Below are positions 51,217-64,000 of a DNA stretch of 64,000 nt, one piece after another. The translations under genes and the position numbers were made by a program. The notes beneath the pieces are model-generated. The model saw nothing but the letters and a program-made list of their open reading frames with translations, was not told the DNA's origin and did no database searches. Every line of letters begins with the position of its first letter. Positions within the stretch are counted from its first letter, which is position 1. This DNA is from Lingula anatina (taxonomy: Eukaryota; Animalia; Brachiopoda). Location of the stretch: positions 7,622,587 to 7,686,586 of the forward strand of contig CM120648.1 in assembly GCA_051362555.1 (NCBI GenBank), given 5' to 3'.

Positions 51217-52171
51217 ACCCTTATAAATCTAACTAAAAAAACTTTTTTTTCAGATCTGAGACAGTTAAGCATGGCAGGGGATATTTTACATTACATGCTT
51301 ATATATATTCGTGGCATCAAAACAACTATCTCAAGGAAGAAACAACTGCTCTTGCATCTTAATTATTACATTTATGTGCATAACAAACATGTAGTTGGAT
51401 GTACAACATTTGCTGACGATGAGTGAAAAGAGACCACCTGTATCCCATGTTTTTGTAGTTCTTTCCCACCTGCATGTTCTGAAGGAAAATCTGTCTTACT
51501 TAAGCCTTAACTAGGGATATGTCAATGTAACAAACAAATTGTTTATGTAAAACAAGTGATTAACAAAAGAATGCAGTGTAATGTAATGAAAATGCCTGAC
51601 TTCAGCTTGTTGAAAATAATTTCCTTTACCTTGGTTCTACATATCTACATGTTGTATATACTAGGTATTTATTTCTAGTGAAATATTGACTTGAGAACGT
51701 TTTTCATACAGTGTACATATTGCTAAGATATTAAAAGTATATATATGAACAGTGGTCGACTTTGTTAATTCTTTGTAGGACCTGTTATGTAAATAACTAC
51801 AGTGTATATAAATACATGTATGAATGTAGGTAAACGAAAGACCAGCTGCAGGCACTCATATTCTGTGTGTATACTCTTTATTCTAAGGGAGCACTTAAAA
51901 ACACAACTGGTAAGGCTTAATGACCTTTATGTTCCATATAATCTCAATTAAGTACTAAAAAGAAAACAGACAAACTTACCAATAATTAATTTATCACATC
52001 CATAAATTTAGTAATCAAACATTCCTGCAAACCAGTTAAAAACTGAAATGCCCAACACAAAGACATACAGACCAGAGTTCCGATAAATATGAAAATAGTA
52101 AAGTTTTTTTTTTCAATTTGAAGATTTGACGTTTGATTAATATAGCAGCTAAACTTTAGAATCAGGCTAGT

Positions 52172-52206
<35 letters not shown>

Positions 52207-52486
52207 CTTTCAGTTTTGTTTTAGAGGGGATGGGCATAAAACGGAAGCATAATGTTTTTTCCTGGGGTCAATAATTAAACTCTCCCATTTACCAAACCAA
52301 TTGTACACCGCTATTTTAATATTTTGAATATATTTCTTTAAAAAGAAAAAAAGGTCTGATTTCCTCAAAATTGGGCACGAAGGGTCGGATGCACTCGTAA
52401 AACCTATCAATTTTGTCTAGCTTACACTCGATATACTGGGGGTACTCTCATGGGCTGAAACTGCACTGAACATAACATTGTGCTCG

Positions 52487-54015
52487 TTTAAATAACAAAC
52501 CTGTAAGCTGCCTCATGTATGCTGATGACCTGGTCCTCATCTCACAAAGTGCCCAAGGACTCCAACACTCTCTAAACCTACTCCACAATTACTGCACCAA
52601 ATGGAAACTTATCATCAATATAGCAAAAACCAAAATCATGATATTTAATAAGGCTGGCCATCTCCTAAAAACCAACCAATTTATGTTAGGCACAAATCCA
52701 GTAGAAAACACCTCCGAATATTGCTACCTCGGCCTGACCTTCACTCCATCCGGCAAATTTACCAAGGCCATGGAGGATGTAAAAAATAAAGCACTCAAAG
52801 TATTTTTCAAATTAAGAAATCAGCTATTTTCAGCGCCCACAAAAATTGCCTTAAAGTTATTCATATCACTCCTACTTCCAATCCTTAGCTATGGGTGCGA
52901 AATTTGGGCCCCTTACCTACTATGTAATTTGACCATTGAAAAATTTTTAAATATATGCGAAAAGCCCCCTGCTGAACTCGTCCACCTAAAAACCTGTAAA
53001 ACCATACTAGGGATTAACAAAAACTCTACTAATCATGCCGCACGTGGTGAGCTAGGCAGCTTCCCCATTCTCATCCAATTACTGTCACTGTCCATCAAAT
53101 ATTGGTGCCACCTGTACAAAACCATATACAATGGTCAGTCTACCTTAGTCACCGATGCTCTGATTGAGAACAGATCCCTATCCTCATCCGGTGTGTTTAC
53201 ATGGTCCTCTGGTATAAAAACTGTACTTAACATGAACAACCTGGGGAATTTATGGTCTAATCCAGTCTCAGTATCTGGTAAGATAGCTCAGACCTTGACC
53301 AAAAAGTCTCTGCACTCTGTATATCAGGACCAGTGGGCCACATTGATGAGCAAAACGGGCAGTGATAATAAATTAAGAACCTATGTTAAATTTAAGAAGG
53401 AATTTGTGTGTGAAAATTACACCCACATGGCCCCAAAAAATATTACGGCTAACTTCTGCAAATTACGTGTGAGCGCCCACAACCTCTCTATTGAACGGGG
53501 CAGGTACTGCAAGCCAAAAATCCCCGCAGAGTTAGGATTGTGCAAACTTTGTGATTCCAATAAAGTAGAAGATGAGTACCACCTCCTGCTAGAGTGTAAA
53601 GCGTATAACTCACTACGTGATTCCTTCAGAGGGCAGCTGTCAGATTTCCTACCCCTGGGCGACCTCAGCAATAATAAACTGTTTAATCTTCTTATGGGTG
53701 CCCAAGACATAGACATTCTTAGAATGGTTATGTGTTTTGTAAATAGATGCTTAAAACAAAGAGAACAGGCCCTCTATTAATGCATTGTACTCTCCCCAAT
53801 GTACTCATTCTAATTCATCACCTTCATGTATAGATTGCCATAAGACATTCCTTATATAACTTATTATAAAGTAACTTATTTAATTTATGCTACATGTAAA
53901 CATTGAAATCATGTATATTTATTTATATACCTGTTTGTACTGTTGTAGTTAGATGTAATTGTCTTTGTCCTTGATTGTACCTTATTTGTAAAGGTGTATC
54001 AATAAAGAATCAATC
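52487..54015 (+). mobile_element. 5'-truncated non-LTR retrotransposon (L2/CR1-group-like); open ORF2 remnant 52515-53780
   Basis: RT catalytic YADD, KTKIMIF and YCYLG motifs; C-terminal KLRVSAHNLSIERGRY and CKLC...EDEYHLLLEC; 3'UTR ending AATAAAGAATCAATC. Confidence 0.9.
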
Positions 54016-54578
54016 CGTTGTGCACAACCAATAACAGCTCAACTACTGCATTCAAGTAACTTGATCAATATCATATCTAACGTTATTGTGTTTTATTTTA
54101 TTTTGGAAGAAATGCTGATTACATTTGTGTTACTATTCATAAAATTAGTTAAGACAGCACACCTGTCGTTTGAGAACTGAGGCGCAAGATGAAACCTACA
54201 ATCGCATTACAGAACAAATTGACTCACACCCGGTTGCGGCTTGTCTTGTCACATGACCGTGACAGTTTCAATATGGTGGACAATTTGTAGAGTTTCCGCT
54301 ACATATCAAGATAAATTCTGAATATTGGTCTAAATATTCAGTTTGCGGACCAATTTCAAAACTCAGGGATAAAAAAATATTAACAAGTTGTTGTAAAACA
54401 CCAGCTTGTGTATTCAACGTTTTATTTAAGGTAAGAAACAGCTCGATTTGCACGAAGGAATGCGAGGTATTTGGGACAATTATTTTGTCGTGATTCAGCC
54501 GACTTACCTTGGAACTATTACAATTTGACTCATAACGTTAGGGTGTGAAGAATTTGAACATTTTACATTAGTTATAAT

Positions 54579-55744
<1,166 letters not shown>

Positions 55745-55781
55745 GTATGTCCTATTTGTAGTGATTCTCTCACAGTATTAG

Positions 55782-56255
55782 GCCCCATTCCCATAGACAC
55801 TATTAGTCTATGGCTCTATTCCCATAGATTTTAGATTGATTTATCCCCGCGGGGAGTCTCACTAGATTACTTTCAGATAATCTGACTTAAATGTCCGTCC
55901 CGCCTACTACAAACTGTAAGGAGGTAATTAACTTTCGTGTCCGCCCGGCTGACAGCTATTTAGCGTGAACCCCCAGGGAGTTAGGTCGATCTAAAGTAGG
56001 TCGATCTAATCTATGGAAATGGGGTGTATATGTAGATCAACTTAACTCTCAAGAAATCTCGCTGAGTGCAATCTGCTTAACTGAATAACACACCTCCTCC
56101 TTGGGTTGAGTAGAATGCAGAAAAGCTGATGATTATGTGAGTACATTGGAAACAAGAGGAGGAGTGTTATTCAGTTAAGCTGATTGCACTCAGCAAGATT
56201 CCCAGCAGAGTTGGATTCATCTATGTAGACTGATGTTGTTAATGGGAATGGGGTC
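55782..56255. mobile_element. Composite M2/M3 MITE cluster in the aPKC intron
   Basis: M3 copy at 55820-56025 lies within or next to an M2 palindrome (CCCCATTCCCAT...ATGGGAATGGGGTC). Confidence 0.75.
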
Positions 56256-59200
56256 TAAGGCATGGTAAAAAAGGATATACTAGTATCTTTTTGAAAGAGG
56301 CCGAGCATTATTTAACCTTTGAGGGATATCATTTCCATCTTTCATCAAAAATCTCATGGAGTGTGGGTACTGTAAGGACAGCCTGCAATCCCCCTTGCTA
56401 AATCTACAGTGGTGTCCTAACTTCCAGAGCTCTTGTAAAGCCTAGATTACATTTATAATCTGGAATTGTCGGTACAATTATTTTTTAAATCGTAAGGAGC
56501 TACGGGCTAAACCGAGTATGTGTACATTACATTGCCTTAAATTTGTATGATTTTGTGCGATTTTGCATGGACACCATCTACCTCCACTCAGACGACGTAC
56601 GCAAAGGTTATTTCAGATGTAATCTAAGCTTAAGTCAGTTTGAGAACCTTTGTTGAAGGGTTGAAATATCAAAAGGAAAAAAAAAGAAGAAAAATAGAAT
56701 GGAAAAAAGGTTATTCTCTCTAGAAACCATTTATTTTAACCATTGTCATACAAGAGACAATAAAAAAAACTGTTATGATAAACTATAATTATTTTTGTGC
56801 AGGTATTGTACATTTGGGTTGTTGAGCAATGTGTTAGATGTGACAGTGGAAGCAATGTGGAAGACCAGTTTGTGAGTTAAGAGCATTTGTTTGCTTTCAC
56901 TCAGAGAATAGTTGAGACTTGCATAAAATCAATCATTTCACACCAAGAAAGGTTAATCTCCTTGGAGCTAGACACCACCCAGAGAGCAGGCTTATTTCTT
57001 TATTAAGATAATAAGATGATTAAAGGTTCAACCTCTCCAGGTTCTAAGTAAGTTTTAGTTCCAATATTTATTTCAAGATATACAGTAACGGAAGTTGGAA
57101 GAAAAGAATTCAGATTTATTTAATCTTGTTGTCAAAAAGAGCATAAAAAAGATTAAGCACTGCCTTAACTTAATTTAAAAATTGCTGTCAGTAAGGCAGT
57201 CCCATTGCTATTGGAAACATGACATAAATTAAATCTGATGTAAACAGGACCAACGACTGGCCTTCAGCCTCTTGTTGTGCTTGTTTTGTAATTAGTCTTC
57301 CATATTGAAGAGCTAGCCTAAGGTTTTATTGCCTGAGGGGCAATGGAATATCTTCATGGAAAACTTTCTCTAAATTTGAACAAATTCATTATTTATAGTC
57401 AGGGTTTTCACTTAAATTTTGAAACAGATAGTGAAAATTCATGTTTTCTTACTGAGACTGGCCATCTAGTATCCATTTGCTTCAGTAATATGTAATAATA
57501 AATATATATGAAAAAAATGGCCTTCCAGAATATAAACAGGAAGTCCAAAAGATGACTGAATGTTTGTCTTGCAAATGCCATCTTAACATAAGAGAAAACA
57601 ATATTTTCTGTTATTCCAAATAAACTGTATTGGATATTATGAATAGTAAACTAGGTGCAAGTCACAAGATTTTATTTAGAAAAGCTTAAATTCATAAACC
57701 TTGAATGAATAAAATGGCTTTAAGAAATGGACAGCTGGAAACCTGACAATGTGTGTAATTTAAGTATTTAGTAACATAATGAGTAGTTTTTGTGATGATG
57801 TAACATAGGTTGATATATGACCCTCAAACAAAGGCCTGATCCTAAGACAGCAACAATCAATACCTTTTTTGCATGCAGTAAGACAGACCGATAGAGTCTG
57901 ATCCAACTCCCAGAGACATCCTCTCATTTATCACCCTGTGCCTTGATAATAAGGTTTGAGCTTTCAGCTCGTAAATGTTAATGTGTGGTATTGACAGCGT
58001 CTCAGTGAAGCCCGGCAGTGCATTATCGTTTGCCTGCTGCAGACAGTGACTAATTCTTTGGATGCACTAAGAAAAAACTGTCCAGCTAATTGATGCCTCT
58101 AAGAAATTGTTCTGAGTATGAAACATTGAATTTCACTTCTATGGGAAATTAGGGCAAACTTGGAATTAACCAGGTTTTCTATACAGCCCAAGTGTGAAGT
58201 AAGGTTTATCATTTTGTGTGACTTGCGCTTTCCCCAATGACTTTATCAAACTTGTATTATAAGTGCATTTTATTCAATTCAAGTTGATATCTGAGTAGTC
58301 CTGAACATTTGTGAACTGGTCCACATTACTTGGCAAAAACATGGATGTAGCCTATCTTGGGCTGGTCAGCCCCCTGGTGAGTGATATGCCACCAGCTGAG
58401 CCTGTCTGATACTTCAAATGTTTTTGAGGAAAGTTGCAAGTTTCGGAAGTGTTCACAACATTTGAGATGTTACCCCAAATATGGCAAGTATAGCATTCTT
58501 GCTTTGGGATGAAGTCGTTTATAGACTATCTTGCTGTAACTATGGCAACACCTCAGGCAAGTATTAGTAGATATTATGACTGGTTCTCTATTTAAAATCT
58601 TTTTATTGAACATTGATGTTTTTGTTATCTGCTATGAGTCACTGATAAGAGACGGGATATTGATGCAAATTTTGAGAGAGTTGGATGAATGTACTGCAAA
58701 GTTACTTGTAGAGATACCACAAATACCATTTTATTTTTGTTTTAAAATTACTGTGGGTTAGAAGATCAAGCACAAGGAGAATCCTCTGAGGTCAAATGGC
58801 CCAAAGTTATGCAAGTTTTCTCAGAATTTGTAAGAACGGGGTCAGAAATTATAGCTGACTGGCGAGTGTGGTAAATTTAAAGTGAGAAAATTAATCCACA
58901 AATATTGAGTACTATAGTTGTCTTCTCGTTATAAATATGTGTTTTGCAGAATTACTAGTACAGTCTTTTGCACAACACTAGGGATTCACTATGTTTTATG
59001 TGCCACTTATGTGTTCCTTCCTAAGATGACATTCCCAGCACATTGGTTTCACCATTACTGCTGAAAGGTTAATCTACCTCACAATGATTCTTGTACTAGT
59101 ACCAGTATGCTTCAGGTCTCAGGTGATTGTCACACAGGGCCAAGAGCCTTAATTGTGCTAAACTGTGATGAGTTAATTACTTAGCCTAGAAATGTCATTT

Positions 59201-59745
59201 TTAAGAGGTATATTATTTATTTTATATTTTTTTCCACTGTGGGTGTGTTTCGTCTTCATGATTAATTAAAAGGTATTAAGTGACGTCTGATGATTGAAGT
59301 TATTATATCTGGGGGTTTTCCATCAAATTGAAGTTTCCTAAATAACAAAAAAACATAGTTATCTTTTATTCCTAAGTCATTGCTCTATAATCCCTGCATT
59401 AATAAATACTTCATATTTTACACCCATTTGCACTATTAGTGAATGATTCAGTTCTTTATGACTGGTCATGCAGTTAGTAAGATTGTCTTGTGTTTATATA
59501 TATATAGGTAGGTAGGTAGATAGATAGATAGATGACACCCCCCCCCCCCCAAAAAAAAAAAAATACTTATTTGAGTGGTTTTTATCATTTTAAGGTCTGA
59601 ATTGGCTACTATTATGAACAAAATCATGACTTTGGGGGCATTTCAGACTGCGGTATGTTAGTCCTTTAAGATATATGAGTCAAAAGTCAAAGGTCTGAAT
59701 GGATGTTATGTTTCTCAAATGCTTAAAAACATGCTGTATTTAAAA

Positions 59746-59787
<42 letters not shown>

Positions 59788-62127
59788 AAAAACATGAGTA
59801 AACACTTATTAACTTATAACACATAGTTCTCTGTCTCTTGTGGTTCAGATCTAAGATCTAATAAACAGAAAGATTGGACAGCGGCATTTTCCCTTTGACC
59901 AGACGTTCGTACGGGTAAACATTGCTCTATTGTTCCCCTTAAGTTGTTTTGATAGCCGGGCTTAATTTTAATCCCCATTGTACCTAACCCGTGTTTAGCG
60001 AATAGCGTGATTTCTCGTGCATTCTCGCGGACGCCACAACGTCGTCAAGTAGATCCGCCATATTGGATAAGCAATGGCACACGTGGAGTTTTTTTATTAA
60101 AAAGTTCTAAAGATGTACAGTTTGTTTACATTTCGTAGTTGTCTTAATACTTTATATTCAGAGGAGGCAATACCCAATAGCGCACTACCTGTAACAACAG
60201 CTGCCATTTTATAGAAATTGACTCAACTTGGAGATATAGCCGGAAACGTGACGAGATCATCAACGTAACAGATAGTGATATTCGATGCCGTTTTGGACAA
60301 TAAGGTCATGCTAATCACTGGGAGAAACTGAATGGTGAAGCTACACCAAAACAGAAACTTGATCTATTATGCCTGTTTGTAAAACTTCGTCACTATTAGC
60401 GGTCATTCTTTTAGAGCATAATCAATTCAAATTCACCAGAATATTCGTAGCAAATCGGTGAAACAAAAAGGACTGAAAAAAAATCCTTTAAGAAAAGTAG
60501 TTTTTAATTTCACTTTCACAAACACTAATTTGGGTACCTACTTCATAATGATAGTGAAAGGTAAGACATATCTTTATACTGACAATCAAATAAAAGTAAA
60601 CTCGTTTTTTCATATTTTTAGAACACATGCAATATAGTTTCCTTGCGACTTCATAATCATGCACATATTTTTAAACTCTGCAAAATCTGTTTTGAAACAT
60701 ATGCCTTTTGAACATCTTCCACAGAATGTATTGGAAGAATAATATGTGTAACAATTTTGTTTTCCATCTCACTAAAAATGACTAAATAAAATATGATTGC
60801 TAAAAAATATCAATAGGCCCTATTTCATCAGATTTAGCATTTAAAACTGATCATTCATTTCCGGCTGATAAAGTAACATAATACAAGTCATATTCTGTTC
60901 ATAAGCATTTTATTATAGATTTAATAAGGCACAGATATTGAAATGCAAATAAAAATGTTAACACCTTTAGATACCACTGACTGTTACACAATCACAACAG
61001 ATAGGTAATTTATTTAGGAGTACTAGTTTCACATGACAAAGAATTATAGCATTTTCCCCCTATTTTGACTTGTTTCAACATTAATATCTCATTCAATAAA
61101 GATTATGCACGTGATGATAATATTTATCTATTGTTAAGAGCATTACTGACTAATACCAACCTAGACTTGACAGTAAACTAAACTTCAGAGTTTACAGAAG
61201 GGAGACAATTTATAGTGATATATTTGTTTTTCATGAAGAACAACATATGGCTAGTTTCATGGTGGTTCATTTGCTGAAATATCAATGTGCCTGTCAGGTT
61301 CTTGAGTAGCACCGAGTTAACTTGACAGAGGTACGTCGTCATCAGAATCACTTCCATTGCAACATATATCTGAAAAAAATATTATCACACAGTTAAAAAG
61401 ATGCTGACGTGTTAATTGCTCATGTTATGTTAAAGTCCACTGTACGGGCAACACTGACCTGGCTTTTCCTGCACTTGTAAAACTATCGAGCAAAAATTAA
61501 ATATTTAATTTCGGGCAGCTTACCATTTTGCTTATTTAATACATCTGTGTGTCTTTTTGATTGTTTACAATCACTTTGCAAACTTGACAGTGGTGCATCT
61601 AAATCATCTGCAACACTTGCATTATGACATTCACCCGAAATAATAAAATAATATTTTACTGTCAAAAAGGTTCTGACATGTGCTAGTCTCTTATTATTTG
61701 TCATTTGTATAATTCCACTCAATCCACTGTGGTGATTGCACCTGCCTTTTTGTATCCGATACTGGTAATAATGTTGTTGGTACAGTGGAAATCCGATACT
61801 TGTAATAATGTTGTCGGTACAGTGGAAATATCTTACTGAGCATGACACACAAGGGACAGATTGATAGTGCCCATGTATGTAAGACATTTTACTTTCAACT
61901 CCATAAACTAAAAAGTTCTAGTTATAGACCAGAAAGCTTACCTTTTGATTTTGCTGCCAGATTTTGCTCTTTATTTTTTCTCCTGCGGGCCTTGACCCAT
62001 TTTAATGGCATCTGAAAACAAAACAAAACAAAATAAAAATAAAAATAAGGATGTGAGGCACATTTTCACGCAATCTTCTCATTACTTAGGTATAAATCCT
62101 GGATAAAAATATCACCAGTTGTAATCC

Positions 62128-62710
62128 CCGCCACCTTGTTTTATTGTCATCTTTACCGATGAATATTTCTAAGAAAAAAAACTAAATTTGAGCTAAGTTT
62201 GACCCTACGGCCTTCCACTACTTTTTTAGATGAACACAGGTTAACTGCCAATGCATAGTACAGATCTAATTTCGTGTTCGGCTGTGCATTTGAAGCCCAT
62301 CGATAACAAAAGTCGCCGCCATCTTGTTTTATTGTCATTTTTACCGTTAAATATTCCTAAGAAAAAAAGCTTAAGTTTAGCTAAGTTTGACCCTACGACC
62401 TTCTACTACTTTTTTAGATGAACACAGTTTAACTGCCAATGCATAGTACAGATCTAATTTCGTGTTCGGCTGTGCATTTGAAGCCCATCGATAACAAAAG
62501 TCGCCGCCATCTTGTGTTATTGTCATTTTTACCGTTAAATATTCCTAAGAAAAAAAGCTAAATTTTAGCTAAGTTTGACCCTACGACCTTCCACTACTTT
62601 TTTAGATGGACACAGTTAAACTGCCAACGCATTGTATAGATCCACTTTCGTGTTCGGCTGTGCATTTTAACCCCGGCGATTATGATCAGGGCCGCCATTT
62701 TGCTTTATTG
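62128..62710. repeat. ~188-bp tandem repeat, 3 copies
   Basis: CGCCA(C/T)CTTG...TATTGTCAT recurs at ~62130, ~62317 and ~62505, with a partial copy at ~62693. Confidence 0.9.
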
Positions 62711-63268
62711 CCCGAAGTATTGTTTTATTTTCATAGAAAACTAAGCTACTATAAATTAAATTATCAACCAATAAAACGACAGTGTTATTCAGTCATCAGT
62801 AATATAAAAACCAACGTACATAAAGTTAAACTCCCCGTGTTAGACCTTAGGTAACAAAGCATTTAAACTCGCTTGTCTGTCGCCATATTGCTAATTTGAA
62901 TGCAACAACGGATTGAAGGCAAATTTTCACGATAATATCTGCTCCAAAATATTGCATATTTTACACACAAGTGAACCCTGTTAGTTTTCCCTTCTGCACA
63001 TACATTCTCAGAGAAACTACAAGACTAAAAGAGGTAATTTACCTACCTTGAAATCGCCCACATGCAACAGAGCTCTACCTGCGCACGATCACAACGCGAC
63101 TGACTACTTCCGCCGTACGAACGTCTTTCCACAGTTAATCGGATTACCCTTTGAAGAATTGCCGAGTGTCCAATCTTTGGTATATTAGATCTTAGTTCAG
63201 ATACATCCCTGGCTGACTCACACAGCAGCTGTGTTCTGCTCTAATGTACCCTGGTCATGATCAGACAG

Positions 63269-63716
63269 TTCTGTTTTAAGTTAGATCATTTGTGAATGCA
63301 CCCTGCATGGAAGGCTGCACTTTTCAATCCTGTGGTGAAGTAAAAAGGTTTTCCAGCTTTCTGTTTTAAGTTAGATCATTTGTGAATGCACACTGCATGG
63401 AAGGCTGCACTTTTCAATCCTGTGGTGAAGTAAAAAGGTTTTCCAGCTTTCTGTTTTAAGTTAGATCATTTGTGAATGCACCCTGCATGGAAGGCTGCAC
63501 TTTTCAATCCTGTGGTGAAGTTAAAAGGTTTTCCAGCTTTCTGTTTTAAGTTAGATCATTTGTGAATGCACCCCGCATGGAAAGCTGCACTTTTCAATTG
63601 GGTGGTGAAGCTAAAAGGTTTTAAAGCTTTCTGTTTTTAGTTAGATCATTTGTGAATGCACCCTGCATGGAAGGCTGACCTTTTGAATCCTGTGGTGAAG
63701 CTAAAAGGTTACCCAG
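63269..63716. repeat. 90-bp tandem repeat, 5 copies
   Basis: CTGTTTTAAGTTAGATCATTTGTGAATGCA recurs at 63271, 63361, 63451, 63541 and 63631. Confidence 0.95.
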
Positions 63717-64000
63717 CATGGCACAGGGCCACAAGTGCCATGCCAGCATAAATCTAACAATTCAGAAAAAAAAAATTAATGGAGAAGAAGCAATTCCTCA
63801 GTATTAAAATTGATAGTCTAATACAGTTAAGTATCTTTTTGCAAGGTTGCAACACAAACCTTAATGGCTGTGGAGCTTGTTACTTATTCATGAAATAATT
63901 TGATCATCTTTTCCTCTATAATAGTATAAAAAAACAAAGAAAAACAAGCAGTCCAGAGAGAGAAAGAGAGAGAGAGAGAGACTTTATACATGCCAGTACA

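Noticed and set aside
62128-63716. Regular arrays (188, 90, 146 and 31 bp) as CRISPR arrays
   Set aside because: Units are contiguous near-identical repeats with no unique spacers, no cas genes are present, and the context is eukaryotic.

Overview
AT-rich, intron-containing animal DNA. Gene content and repeat types suggest a marine invertebrate, probably a lophotrochozoan or mollusc (inference). Four conserved genes are present: SPSB/gustavus (+), AGTRAP (-), a head-to-head AURKAIP1/mS38-like gene (+), and the 5' PB1-domain exons of atypical PKC (+, runs off the window). Between the last two lies a ~19 kb block of four membrane-anchored enzymes from families linked to glycan/phospholipid modification: HtrL/YibB-like, LicD/fukutin-like, PI-PLC X-domain and FkbM/Star-like. 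The main finding is that AGTRAP, rebuilt by hand from splice sites, has two separate pairs of tandem-duplicated exons (3a/3b and 4a/4b). Their phases forbid co-inclusion, predicting up to four mutually exclusive isoforms that differ in transmembrane segments and N-glycosylation sequons. The rest of the window is rich in non-autonomous DNA transposons (MITEs, Helentron-like and CACTA-like elements), satellites and one truncated LINE. All calls are by eye; no database searches were run.
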